From Pseudomonas aeruginosa (GTDB lineage: Bacteria; Pseudomonadota; Gammaproteobacteria; Pseudomonadales; Pseudomonadaceae): a stretch of DNA of 32,000 nucleotides. The notes beneath the pieces were generated by a model. The model was not told the DNA's origin. It saw only the letters and a program-made list of their open reading frames with translations, and made no database searches. A program made the position numbers and the translations under genes. The DNA is taken from assembly GCF_001457615.1 (NCBI RefSeq), contig NZ_LN831024.1, forward strand, positions 5,820,001-5,852,000, read 5' to 3'. Positions 1 through 7,441 of the stretch are shown piece after piece. Numbering within the stretch: position 1 is the first letter of the stretch; each line of letters opens with the position of its first letter.

Positions 1-144
1 CGCCGCGGCGCCCGGCGGCGAGTAGAACAGAGCGGCGCAGAGGCACAGCAGCAGGGCCGCCAGGACGCGGGAGCGAAGGGTGAAGCGGGCGATGATCGGC
101 ACGAGAAAGGCAGTCCCCAAGGTGAGAAACCGAAACAGCCGCAT
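1..144 (-). CDS. 5' end of a hypothetical hydrophobic (membrane/secreted) protein, truncated by the left window edge
   Basis: Minus-strand ATG at 142-144 opens a stop-free frame to position 1: MRLFRFLTLGTAFLVPIIARFTLRSRVLAALLLCLCAALFYSPPGAAA. The N-terminus is hydrophobic and third codon positions are mostly G/C. Only 48 codons are visible, and it is absent from the ORF track because it has no stop. Confidence 0.35.
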   Translation of the reverse strand, partial: MRLFRFLTLGTAFLVPIIARFTLRSRVLAALLLCLCAALFYSPPGAAA

Positions 145-389
145 CATACAAGCCGGACACCCGCCGTTTCGAACGGGGCCGCCGGCCGGCGGCGCAAGCA
201 CAGACACTCTGGCGCAACGAGGGTTCGCCCCGCCAGTGCCGGCTGAGACGAACGCAGCCGCGCGGCGGGGCACAGCGACCGCCAACGTGCCCCAGCGCAC
301 ACCTTCGAATACCCGCATGCCGCACAATGCACGGCTTGCCAGCGCGCCGATGCGGTGCAACGCTTGGCAGGTTCACCCGGAGACCGTCC

Positions 390-911
390 ATGCGCCTGAT
401 CACCAGCTGCCTGCTCCTGGCCGCCGCCCTGCCGGCCATGGCGCAGATCTACCAATACACCGACGCCAACGGCAACAAGGTATTCACCAACCAGCCGCCA
501 GACGGGGTGCAGGCGCAGACCGTCGAACTGCAGCCGACCAATACCGTAGGAATCGACACGCCGGAAAAGTCCTCCGCGGGCAATGCCCCGGCCGCCGATA
601 GCGAGGCCGCCGCCTACGAGATCCTTGCCCTCAGCGACCTCCCCACGGAAGAGGCGCTGCGCGCCAACAACGGCACCTTCAACGTCAGCGTCAGCATCCG
701 CCCGGCCCTGCACAGCGGCCACCAGTTGCAACTGGTGCTGGACGGCAAACCCTACGGCACGCCCAGCAGCGGCACCCGCTTCACCCTGCACGAGATCGAC
801 CGCGGCGACCACAGCCTCGCGGTACAGGTACTCAACGGCGAACGGGTGCTGCAATCCAGCCCGCCGGTGACCTTCACCGTGCAGCGCGTGCACCTCGGGA
901 AGAAGCGATGA
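390..911 (+). CDS. DUF4124 domain periplasmic protein (paralog 1)
   Basis: ORF 327..911 trimmed to ATG 390, with GGAGA at 379-383. Signal peptide MRLITSCLLLAAALPAMA is followed by QIYQYTDANGNKVFTNQPP, the hallmark DUF4124 N-terminal motif. The stop overlaps the next gene's start (ATGA at 908-911). Confidence 0.8.
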   Translation: MRLITSCLLLAAALPAMAQIYQYTDANGNKVFTNQPPDGVQAQTVELQPTNTVGIDTPEKSSAGNAPAADSEAAAYEILALSDLPTEEALRANNGTFNVSVSIRPALHSGHQLQLVLDGKPYGTPSSGTRFTLHEIDRGDHSLAVQVLNGERVLQSSPPVTFTVQRVHLGKKR

Positions 912-1480
912 TCCCGCGCATTCTCGGCGCCCTCCTGCTGTGCCTGGCCTGCGCCGCGCAAGCGGGGGTCTACACCTACATCGACGCCGAGGGCAACCGC
1001 GTCTACACCGACCAGCCGCCCAGCGGGCGCAAGGCCCAACGCGTCGAACTGGCGCCGGGCAACAGCGTGGCGCCGCCGGGCATACGCTATCGTCCGCCCG
1101 CCGCGCCGCTGGAGGTGAAGCCGCCGGCCTACCAGCTACTGCGCATCCTCTTCCCCGAACCGGACGCAACCCTGCGCGCCAACAGCGGCGACGTCATCGT
1201 CACCGTCACCAGCGAGCCGGCGCTGCTGCCCGGCCATCGCTATCGCCTGCTGCTCGACGGCAAGCCTGCCGGAGTGCCGGGACGCAGCCCGGTGTTCCCG
1301 TTGAAGAACCTCGATCGCGGCACCCACCAGGTCGCAGTGGAAATCATCGATGGCGACGGCATGACCGTCGAAAGCACCCCGAGCCAGCCCTTCCACCTGC
1401 ATCGAGTGAGCATCGCCGGGCAACCCCTGCCGGAGGTCGATACGCCGCTGGTCAGCGCGATAGAGCCAAGCGAGCGCTAG
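908..1480 (+). CDS. DUF4124 domain periplasmic protein (paralog 2)
   Basis: Signal peptide MIPRILGALLLCLACAAQA is followed by GVYTYIDAEGNRVYTDQPP. The C-terminal half aligns by eye with the upstream paralog (LRAN.G...V.V...PAL..GH...L.LDGKP.G.....F.L...DRG.H...V). Confidence 0.8.
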   Translation: MIPRILGALLLCLACAAQAGVYTYIDAEGNRVYTDQPPSGRKAQRVELAPGNSVAPPGIRYRPPAAPLEVKPPAYQLLRILFPEPDATLRANSGDVIVTVTSEPALLPGHRYRLLLDGKPAGVPGRSPVFPLKNLDRGTHQVAVEIIDGDGMTVESTPSQPFHLHRVSIAGQPLPEVDTPLVSAIEPSER

Positions 1481-1569
1481 CCGAACTTCCCCTGCCCACT
1501 CCACGGTGGGCGGGATTTTCCGGTTTATTTCCCGATTCTCCTGGCGAAAACGCCGCCGGCCACGCCAAC

Positions 1570-1584
1570 GCACCAGATTGGTGC
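1570..1584. promoter_or_regulatory. NtrC-type enhancer palindrome GCACCA-N3-TGGTGC
   Basis: The perfect inverted repeat gcaccaGATtggtgc matches the core of the enteric NtrC consensus TGCACCA-N3-TGGTGCA. It lies about 125 bp upstream of a -24/-12 element. A second GCACCAC half-site at 1592-1598 is offset by about 22 bp. Confidence 0.55.
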
Positions 1585-1700
1585 GATTACCCGCACCACT
1601 TTCTATACTGTCCCCATTTCGGGTCACCGCTCGTCGCCGAAAACCTTCCCGGCGCACCTCTAGCCAGCGCCTCGGCAGAAAAAACGCGCCTTTTCGGCGC

Positions 1701-1717
1701 CTGGTTTGCTTTTTGCA
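1701..1717 (+). promoter_or_regulatory. Candidate sigma-54 (-24/-12) promoter upstream of ntrB
   Basis: cTGGtttgctttTTGCA has GG at 1703-1704 and GC at 1715-1716, with exactly 10 nt between them. The -12 TTGCA is perfect, but the -24 region has TTT where the consensus has CAC. It sits 34 nt upstream of the ntrB ATG. Confidence 0.45.
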
Positions 1718-1750
1718 TTTTCCTGCCCAACCTTGGAACAGCTGCCCGCC

Positions 1751-2827
1751 ATGCCGACCGATACCCTGCACCGACTGCTGCTCGACAACCTGACCACCGC
1801 GGTGATCCTGCTCAACGGCGAATTGCGCCTGGAGTACATGAACCCGGCGGCGGAGATGCTCCTGGCCGTGAGCGGCCAGCGCAGCCACGGGCAATTCATC
1901 AGCGAGCTGTTCACCGAATCGCCGGAAGCCTTGAACTCGCTGCGCCAGGCGGTGGAACAGGCGCATCCGTTCACCAAGCGCGAAGCGACCCTGACCTCGA
2001 TCACCGGCGTCAGCATCACGGTCGACTATGCGGTGACGCCCATCCTCAACCGCAACGAGACGCTGCTGCTGCTCGAGGTCCATCCGCGCGACCGGCTGAT
2101 GCGGATCACCCGCGAAGAAGCGCAGTTGTCCAAGCAGGAGACCACCAAGCTGCTGGTGCGCGGGCTCGCCCACGAGATCAAGAACCCGCTCGGCGGCATC
2201 CGCGGCGCAGCGCAACTGCTATCCCGCGAGCTGCCGGAAGAGTCGCTGAAGGACTACACCAACGTCATCATCGAAGAAGCCGACCGGTTGCGGAACCTGG
2301 TGGACCGCATGCTCGGCTCGAACAAACTGCCGAACCTGGCGCCGACCAACATCCATGAGGTGCTGGAGCGGGTCAGCAGCCTGGTGGAAGCGGAGAGCCA
2401 GGGCAGCATCACCCTGGTCCGCGACTACGACCCGAGCATCCCCGACCTGCTGCTCGACCGCGAGCAAATGATCCAGGCCGTGCTCAACATGGTACGCAAC
2501 GCCATGCAGGCGATCGCCGGGCAGAACGACCTGCGCCTCGGTCGCATCACCCTGCGCAGCCGTACCCTGCGCCAGTTCACCATCGGCCACACGCGTCACC
2601 GCCTGGTGTGCAAGGTGGAGATCATCGACAACGGCCCGGGCATCCCGGCCGAGCTCCAGGAAACCATCTTCTACCCCATGGTCAGCGGCCGTCCGGACGG
2701 TACCGGACTCGGCCTGGCCATCGCCCAGAACATCATCAGCCAGCACCAGGGGCTGATTGAATGCGAGAGCCACCCCGGCCATACCGTGTTCAGTCTGTTC
2801 CTGCCCCTGGAACAAGGAGTGCATTGA
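1751..2827 (+). CDS. ntrB: Nitrogen regulation sensor histidine kinase NtrB (GlnL)
   Basis: ORF 1706..2827 trimmed to MPTDTLHRLLLDNL. It has an N-terminal PAS region, the H-box LAHEIKNPLGGIRGAAQLL, and a C-terminal HATPase with G-boxes (IIDNGPGIP, GTGLGLAI). ntrC follows 3 nt later. Confidence 0.95.
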   Translation: MPTDTLHRLLLDNLTTAVILLNGELRLEYMNPAAEMLLAVSGQRSHGQFISELFTESPEALNSLRQAVEQAHPFTKREATLTSITGVSITVDYAVTPILNRNETLLLLEVHPRDRLMRITREEAQLSKQETTKLLVRGLAHEIKNPLGGIRGAAQLLSRELPEESLKDYTNVIIEEADRLRNLVDRMLGSNKLPNLAPTNIHEVLERVSSLVEAESQGSITLVRDYDPSIPDLLLDREQMIQAVLNMVRNAMQAIAGQNDLRLGRITLRSRTLRQFTIGHTRHRLVCKVEIIDNGPGIPAELQETIFYPMVSGRPDGTGLGLAIAQNIISQHQGLIECESHPGHTVFSLFLPLEQGVH

Positions 2828-2829
2828 CC

Positions 2830-4260
<1,431 letters not shown>

Positions 4261-4286
4261 AGCGCCACTGCTCCCATGAGCGACCC

Positions 4287-4312
4287 AACGGGGCCTTCGG
4301 GCCCCGTTTTTT
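4287..4312 (+). terminator. Rho-independent terminator of ntrBC
   Basis: Perfect 9-bp stem aacggggcc/ggccccgtt with a ttcg loop, followed by a T-run (4307-4312). Confidence 0.85.
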
Positions 4313-4403
4313 AATGGTCCGTCGCGCGCCCGTGCCAAGCGAGACGCCGCCCCGGCCTCGGCAGAGCGCCCGCTCGGCACCGTCGATCAAACCGTGGCGT
4401 AGG

Positions 4404-4431
4404 GCGAATAACCGCATCGCGGTTATCCGCC
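4404..4431. repeat. REP-type palindromic element (GGATAACCGC family)
   Basis: gcgaATAACCGCatcGCGGTTATccgcc is an imperfect palindrome. It belongs to the same sequence family as the elements at 9016-9044 and 9063-9087. Confidence 0.7.
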
Positions 4432-4676
4432 GGTTCGGCGGGGCAGCGGCCCTTGCCCGGATTTTGGGCAGCGTGCACCAGCAGGCGACAAATCGGCATC
4501 AATCGCTGGCGGAAAAGCCCGCTCCGTCATTTTTCCGCAATCGACTTCCCACAAACCCCTGGGATGCCGCCAAGCCCTTGATCCACGGGCCTCCAGAGGC
4601 ATTCATCACCAGCTCGCCCACAGACTTATCCACAACCTTTCAGGAAAGCGAGCGCGCCGCCAGCGTCTCATGAGAA

Positions 4677-4693
4677 TTGGCACAGCCCCTGCA
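4677..4693 (+). promoter_or_regulatory. Sigma-54 (RpoN) promoter of the downstream sRNA
   Basis: TTGGCACagcccCTGCA has GG at 4679-4680 and GC at 4691-4692 with 10-nt spacing. This is a near-consensus match to YTGGCACGR-N3-TTGCW. The predicted start is near 4704. Confidence 0.8.
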
Positions 4694-4704
4694 TTGGAGC
4701 AGAT

Positions 4705-4930
4705 AACGAAGATTTCGGGGGCCTCGGTACAGGCAGGCTGGGGAATCCCCTCTTTTACACCCGGCGGCAGACGCAGCATCCGCGCGCAACCGCCACACCC
4801 GTTTCGGGGACCTCGGTACAGGCAGGCTGAGAACTCCCCTCTTTTATGCCCGGCGGCAGCGCAGCGATCCGCGCCTCCGCCCTCCCGTTTGGGGACCTCG
4901 GTACAGGCAGGCTGAGAATTCCCCCTTTTA
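4705..4930 (+). ncRNA. nrsZ: Nitrogen-regulated small RNA with three repeated stem-loops (NrsZ-type)
   Basis: The region has no credible ORF and lies directly downstream of an RpoN promoter. It contains three homologous hairpin + U-run modules. Its position after ntrC and its approximately 226-nt span match my recollection of NrsZ in PAO1. The 5' and 3' ends are estimated from the promoter geometry and the last U-run. Confidence 0.7.
4713..4930 (+). repeat. Three tandem copies of a 43-45 nt stem-loop module (periods 89 and 86 bp)
   Basis: Copies lie at 4713-4757, 4802-4846 and 4888-4930: TTT(C)GGGG(G/A)CCTCGGTACAGGCAGGCTG(G/A)G(G/A)A(A/T)(T/C)CCCC(T/C)(C/T)TTTTA. The spacers are also homologous to each other (CCCGGCGGCAG..GCAGC(A/G)ATCCGCGC). 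Confidence 0.95.
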
Positions 4931-5407
4931 TTCCCGGCCGTCGCGCTCCTGCAGTTCGACGACCAGGCGCCAGCCCTCGCCGTCCTCCGACCACTGCCAG
5001 CGCCCCTGCAAGGGGCGGGTCGAGACCAGGCTCAACAGCAGCGCCTTTCCCTCCTCGCGGACGCGCCAGCGCAACGGTTGGCCCAGCCATCGTCCATCTC
5101 CCTGCTGCGCCGCGCCCCGGGCGACGATGCGCAACGTCAGGGCACCCTCCACCCGTGCCGCCGTAACCGCAGCCTGGCGATCGAAGCGCAGGACCAGGCC
5201 CTGCTCGCTCTCCCCGACCGCCAGCAGTTGCGGCGCAGACGTCGGCAGCGAAGCGGGACCGAACAACCTGCCGAGCATCAGCCCGAACAACAACCCGGCA
5301 AGCACCAGCGCACCCCAGACTTTCCAGCGCTGGCGCCGCAGATCGTCGATGGCGGAGGTAGAATGCCGCCCGTTATCTGCTCCGGAGCCCTGCATGTTCC
5401 ACGTCAT
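4928..5407 (-). CDS. Hypothetical single-pass membrane protein
   Basis: 159-aa ORF. An N-terminal cytoplasmic stretch is followed by a TM helix (WKVWGALVLAGLLFGLMLGRLF) and an approximately 100-aa periplasmic domain with no family I recognise. The start is ambiguous (5407 or 5395). Confidence 0.6.
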   Translation of the reverse strand: MTWNMQGSGADNGRHSTSAIDDLRRQRWKVWGALVLAGLLFGLMLGRLFGPASLPTSAPQLLAVGESEQGLVLRFDRQAAVTAARVEGALTLRIVARGAAQQGDGRWLGQPLRWRVREEGKALLLSLVSTRPLQGRWQWSEDGEGWRLVVELQERDGRE

Positions 5408-5855
5408 CCTGTTTCAACCGGAGATTCCTCCGAATACCGGCAACATTATCAGGCTCTGCGCCAACGCCGGATGCAGTCTGCACCTGATTGAGCCGCTCGG
5501 TTTCGAACTGGACGACAAGCGCTTGCGCCGTGCCGGCCTCGACTACCACGAATACGCCAGCGTACGCCGCTACCCGGATCTGCAGAGCTGCCTCGAGGCC
5601 CTCGGCCAGCCACGCCTGTTCGCCTTCACCACCAAGGGGTCGCGGGCCTTCCACGAAGTGGCCTACCAGCGCGGCGATGCCTTCCTCTTCGGCCCGGAAA
5701 GCCGCGGACTGCCGGAGGACGTGCGCAACGCCCTGCCAACCGATCGGCGCCTGCGCCTGCCGATGCGCGAAGGCTGCCGTAGCCTGAACCTGTCCAACAC
5801 GGTGGCGGTGACCGTCTACGAAGCCTGGCGCCAGCTCGGCTTCGCCATGGACTGA
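5394..5855 (+). CDS. trmL: tRNA (cytidine/uridine-2'-O)-methyltransferase TrmL (SPOUT family, YibK)
   Basis: ORF 5127..5855 trimmed to MFHVILFQPEIPPNTGNIIRLCANAG, the typical TrmL N-terminus. The product is 153 aa with a SpoU-type C-terminal knot region (LNLSNTVAVTVYEAWRQLGF). Confidence 0.9.
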   Translation: MFHVILFQPEIPPNTGNIIRLCANAGCSLHLIEPLGFELDDKRLRRAGLDYHEYASVRRYPDLQSCLEALGQPRLFAFTTKGSRAFHEVAYQRGDAFLFGPESRGLPEDVRNALPTDRRLRLPMREGCRSLNLSNTVAVTVYEAWRQLGFAMD

Positions 5856-5872
5856 GCCGGCCGGCAGGCATG

Positions 5873-5899
5873 AAAAAGCCCGCGCAAGGCGGGCTTTTT
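5873..5899. terminator. Bidirectional rho-independent terminator between convergent trmL and secB
   Basis: aaaaaGCCCGCgcaagGCGGGCttttt is a 6-bp GC stem flanked by an A5 run and a T5 run. Confidence 0.85.
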
Positions 5900-5913
5900 C
5901 GCAAGCGCTGGGC

Positions 5914-6405
5914 TTACTGGACCGACGGCGTCGGGATCTCGCCGGAGGCCTGCATGCGGGCGATTTCCTGGGCGTAGAGGGCGTCGAAGTTCACCGGCGA
6001 CAGCATCAGCGCCGGGAACGAACCGCGTACCACCAGGTTGTCCAGGGCTTCGCGAGCGTACGGGAAGAGGATGTTCGGGCAGAACGCGCCGAGGGTATGG
6101 CTCATGCTCGACGGATCGAGGTTCTTGATCAGGAAGATGCCGGCCTGCTGCACTTCGGCGATGAAGGCAGTGGTGTCCTCGCCGTTCTTCACGGTCACCG
6201 ATACGGTCAGGACCACTTCGTAGAAGTCGCCGTCCAGCTGCTTCTGGCGAGTGTTCAGGTCCAGGCTGATGGACGGGTTCCATTCCTGGCGGAAGATTTC
6301 CGGGGACTTCGGCGACTCGAACGACAGGTCGCGCAGGTAGATGCGCTGCAGGGAGAACTGGGGTTGCTGCTCGTCGGCAGCGCCGTTGGTAGCTTGCTCG
6401 GTCAT
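5914..6405 (-). CDS. secB: Protein-export chaperone SecB
   Basis: 163 aa. The motif [22 protein letters not shown] and the rest of the sequence are typical SecB, with an RBS-like GGGAAGG upstream. Order matches the E. coli yibN-grxC-secB arrangement. Confidence 0.95.
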   Translation of the reverse strand: MTEQATNGAADEQQPQFSLQRIYLRDLSFESPKSPEIFRQEWNPSISLDLNTRQKQLDGDFYEVVLTVSVTVKNGEDTTAFIAEVQQAGIFLIKNLDPSSMSHTLGAFCPNILFPYAREALDNLVVRGSFPALMLSPVNFDALYAQEIARMQASGEIPTPSVQ

Positions 6406-6441
6406 TTTCGGGCCTTCCCTTGGGTCAATTCATGAATAGTT

Positions 6442-6696
6442 TCAGGCAGACAGCAGCGCGTCCAGCTTGCCGGCGCGCTCCAGTGCATGAAGGTCGTCGC
6501 AGCCGCCGACATGGGTCTCGCCGATCCAGATCTGCGGCACGGTGGTCGATCCCGCCTTGCGTGCCAGCTCGGCGCGCAGTTCGGGCTTGCCGTCGCAGGC
6601 GATCTCCTGGAAGTCCACGCCCTTGCGTTGCAGCAACTGCTTGGCGCGGATGCAGTACGGACACCAGGCGGTGGTGTAGATCACGACGGGCGGCAT
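6442..6696 (-). CDS. grxC: Glutaredoxin 3
   Basis: 84 aa with the CPYC active site (VVIYTTAWCPYCIRAK), TVPQIWI and GGCDDL motifs. Confidence 0.95.
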   Translation of the reverse strand: MPPVVIYTTAWCPYCIRAKQLLQRKGVDFQEIACDGKPELRAELARKAGSTTVPQIWIGETHVGGCDDLHALERAGKLDALLSA

Positions 6697-6697
6697 G

Positions 6698-7117
6698 TCA
6701 CTTCACCAGCGGCAGGTTGTCGCCGCGCCAGCTGCCGATCCCGCCGGACAGCTTGGCGGCGTTGAAGCCGGCCTTCTTCAGGACGCCGCCCCAGGTACCG
6801 GAGTGCTGGCCCATGGCGTCGACCAGGATGATGGTCTTGCCCTTGTACTTTTCCAGTTCGGTCATGCGGCTGTTCAGCTTGTCGGCCGGGATGTTCAGCG
6901 CGTCGACGATGTGCCCGCTGGCGAACTCCTTGGCCGGACGGATATCCAGGACCACCGCCTGGTCGGCATTGACCAGCGCGGTCAGCTCGCGGGTCGACAG
7001 GCTCTTGCCGCCCTTGCGCAGCTCGTGCAGCAACAGCAGGACCAGCAGGACCAGCAGCGCCGCGACCAGCAGGTAGTGGTTGGTGGCGAACTCGATCAGA
7101 CGGGAAACGAATTGCAT
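6698..7117 (-). CDS. Membrane-anchored rhodanese-domain protein (YibN-like)
   Basis: ORF 6698..7288 trimmed to MQFVSRLIEFATNHYLLVAALLVLLVLLLL (TM anchor), followed by a rhodanese fold (VVLDIRPAKEFASGHIVDALNIP). The product is 139 aa, similar in size to E. coli YibN. There is a 1-nt gap to grxC. Confidence 0.8.
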   Translation of the reverse strand: MQFVSRLIEFATNHYLLVAALLVLLVLLLLHELRKGGKSLSTRELTALVNADQAVVLDIRPAKEFASGHIVDALNIPADKLNSRMTELEKYKGKTIILVDAMGQHSGTWGGVLKKAGFNAAKLSGGIGSWRGDNLPLVK

Positions 7118-7441
7118 GGTGACGGATATCCAGGGCGTAAAAATGCCGGCCAGTATACAGACCGCGCCGGCCAGGGGGGAACCCGCCGGGCGGCGCCCCG
7201 CTCGGCTCCAGGAAATGGCGTCGCGGGAAACTTCACGGTTAGAATGCCGGTCCTTTTCTGTGAAGCTGGCCAGTTCCGGCCCGGGCACGGTTCGGGCGGG
7301 ACAGAGGGAGCGAGGATAGCGGCATTCGGTTGCGGATCGGCGTCATCGGTTTAATCAATCAGCCTCTTCCTACGTCTTGAACGACAATGTTCCCACTAAA
7401 TTTGGTCAGTTTCTGAACCCCGCGGAAATAGAGCCGGACAT

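Noticed and set aside
80-601. 173-aa plus-strand ORF at the left edge
   Set aside because: It overlaps, out of frame, the DUF4124 gene, which has a strong signal peptide and motif. The translation is Arg/Ala/Pro-rich with no features.
1495-1530. Possible terminator after the second DUF4124 gene (cccac/gtggg stem followed by a T-rich stretch)
   Set aside because: The stem is only 5 bp with a 6-nt loop, and the T-run is interrupted. It is too weak to call.
940-2358. 472-aa plus-strand ORF spanning the second DUF4124 gene, the intergenic region and part of ntrB
   Set aside because: It is out of frame with two well-supported genes. The translation is an Arg/Pro/Ala/Gly-rich string, and it would have to run through a regulatory intergenic region.
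4626-4634. Perfect DnaA-box 9-mer TTATCCACA upstream of the sRNA promoter
   Set aside because: It is a single isolated box with no cluster, no AT-rich unwinding element, and no dnaA/gidA/replication-gene context. It could be chance or a minor regulatory site, but it is not evidence for an origin.
4713-4930. Whether the three regularly spaced repeats could be a small CRISPR array
   Set aside because: There are only three units, and the repeats are 43-45 nt with U-run tails. The 'spacers' are homologous to one another rather than unique. There are no cas genes in the window, and a sigma-54 promoter lies directly upstream. This fits a structured sRNA, not CRISPR.
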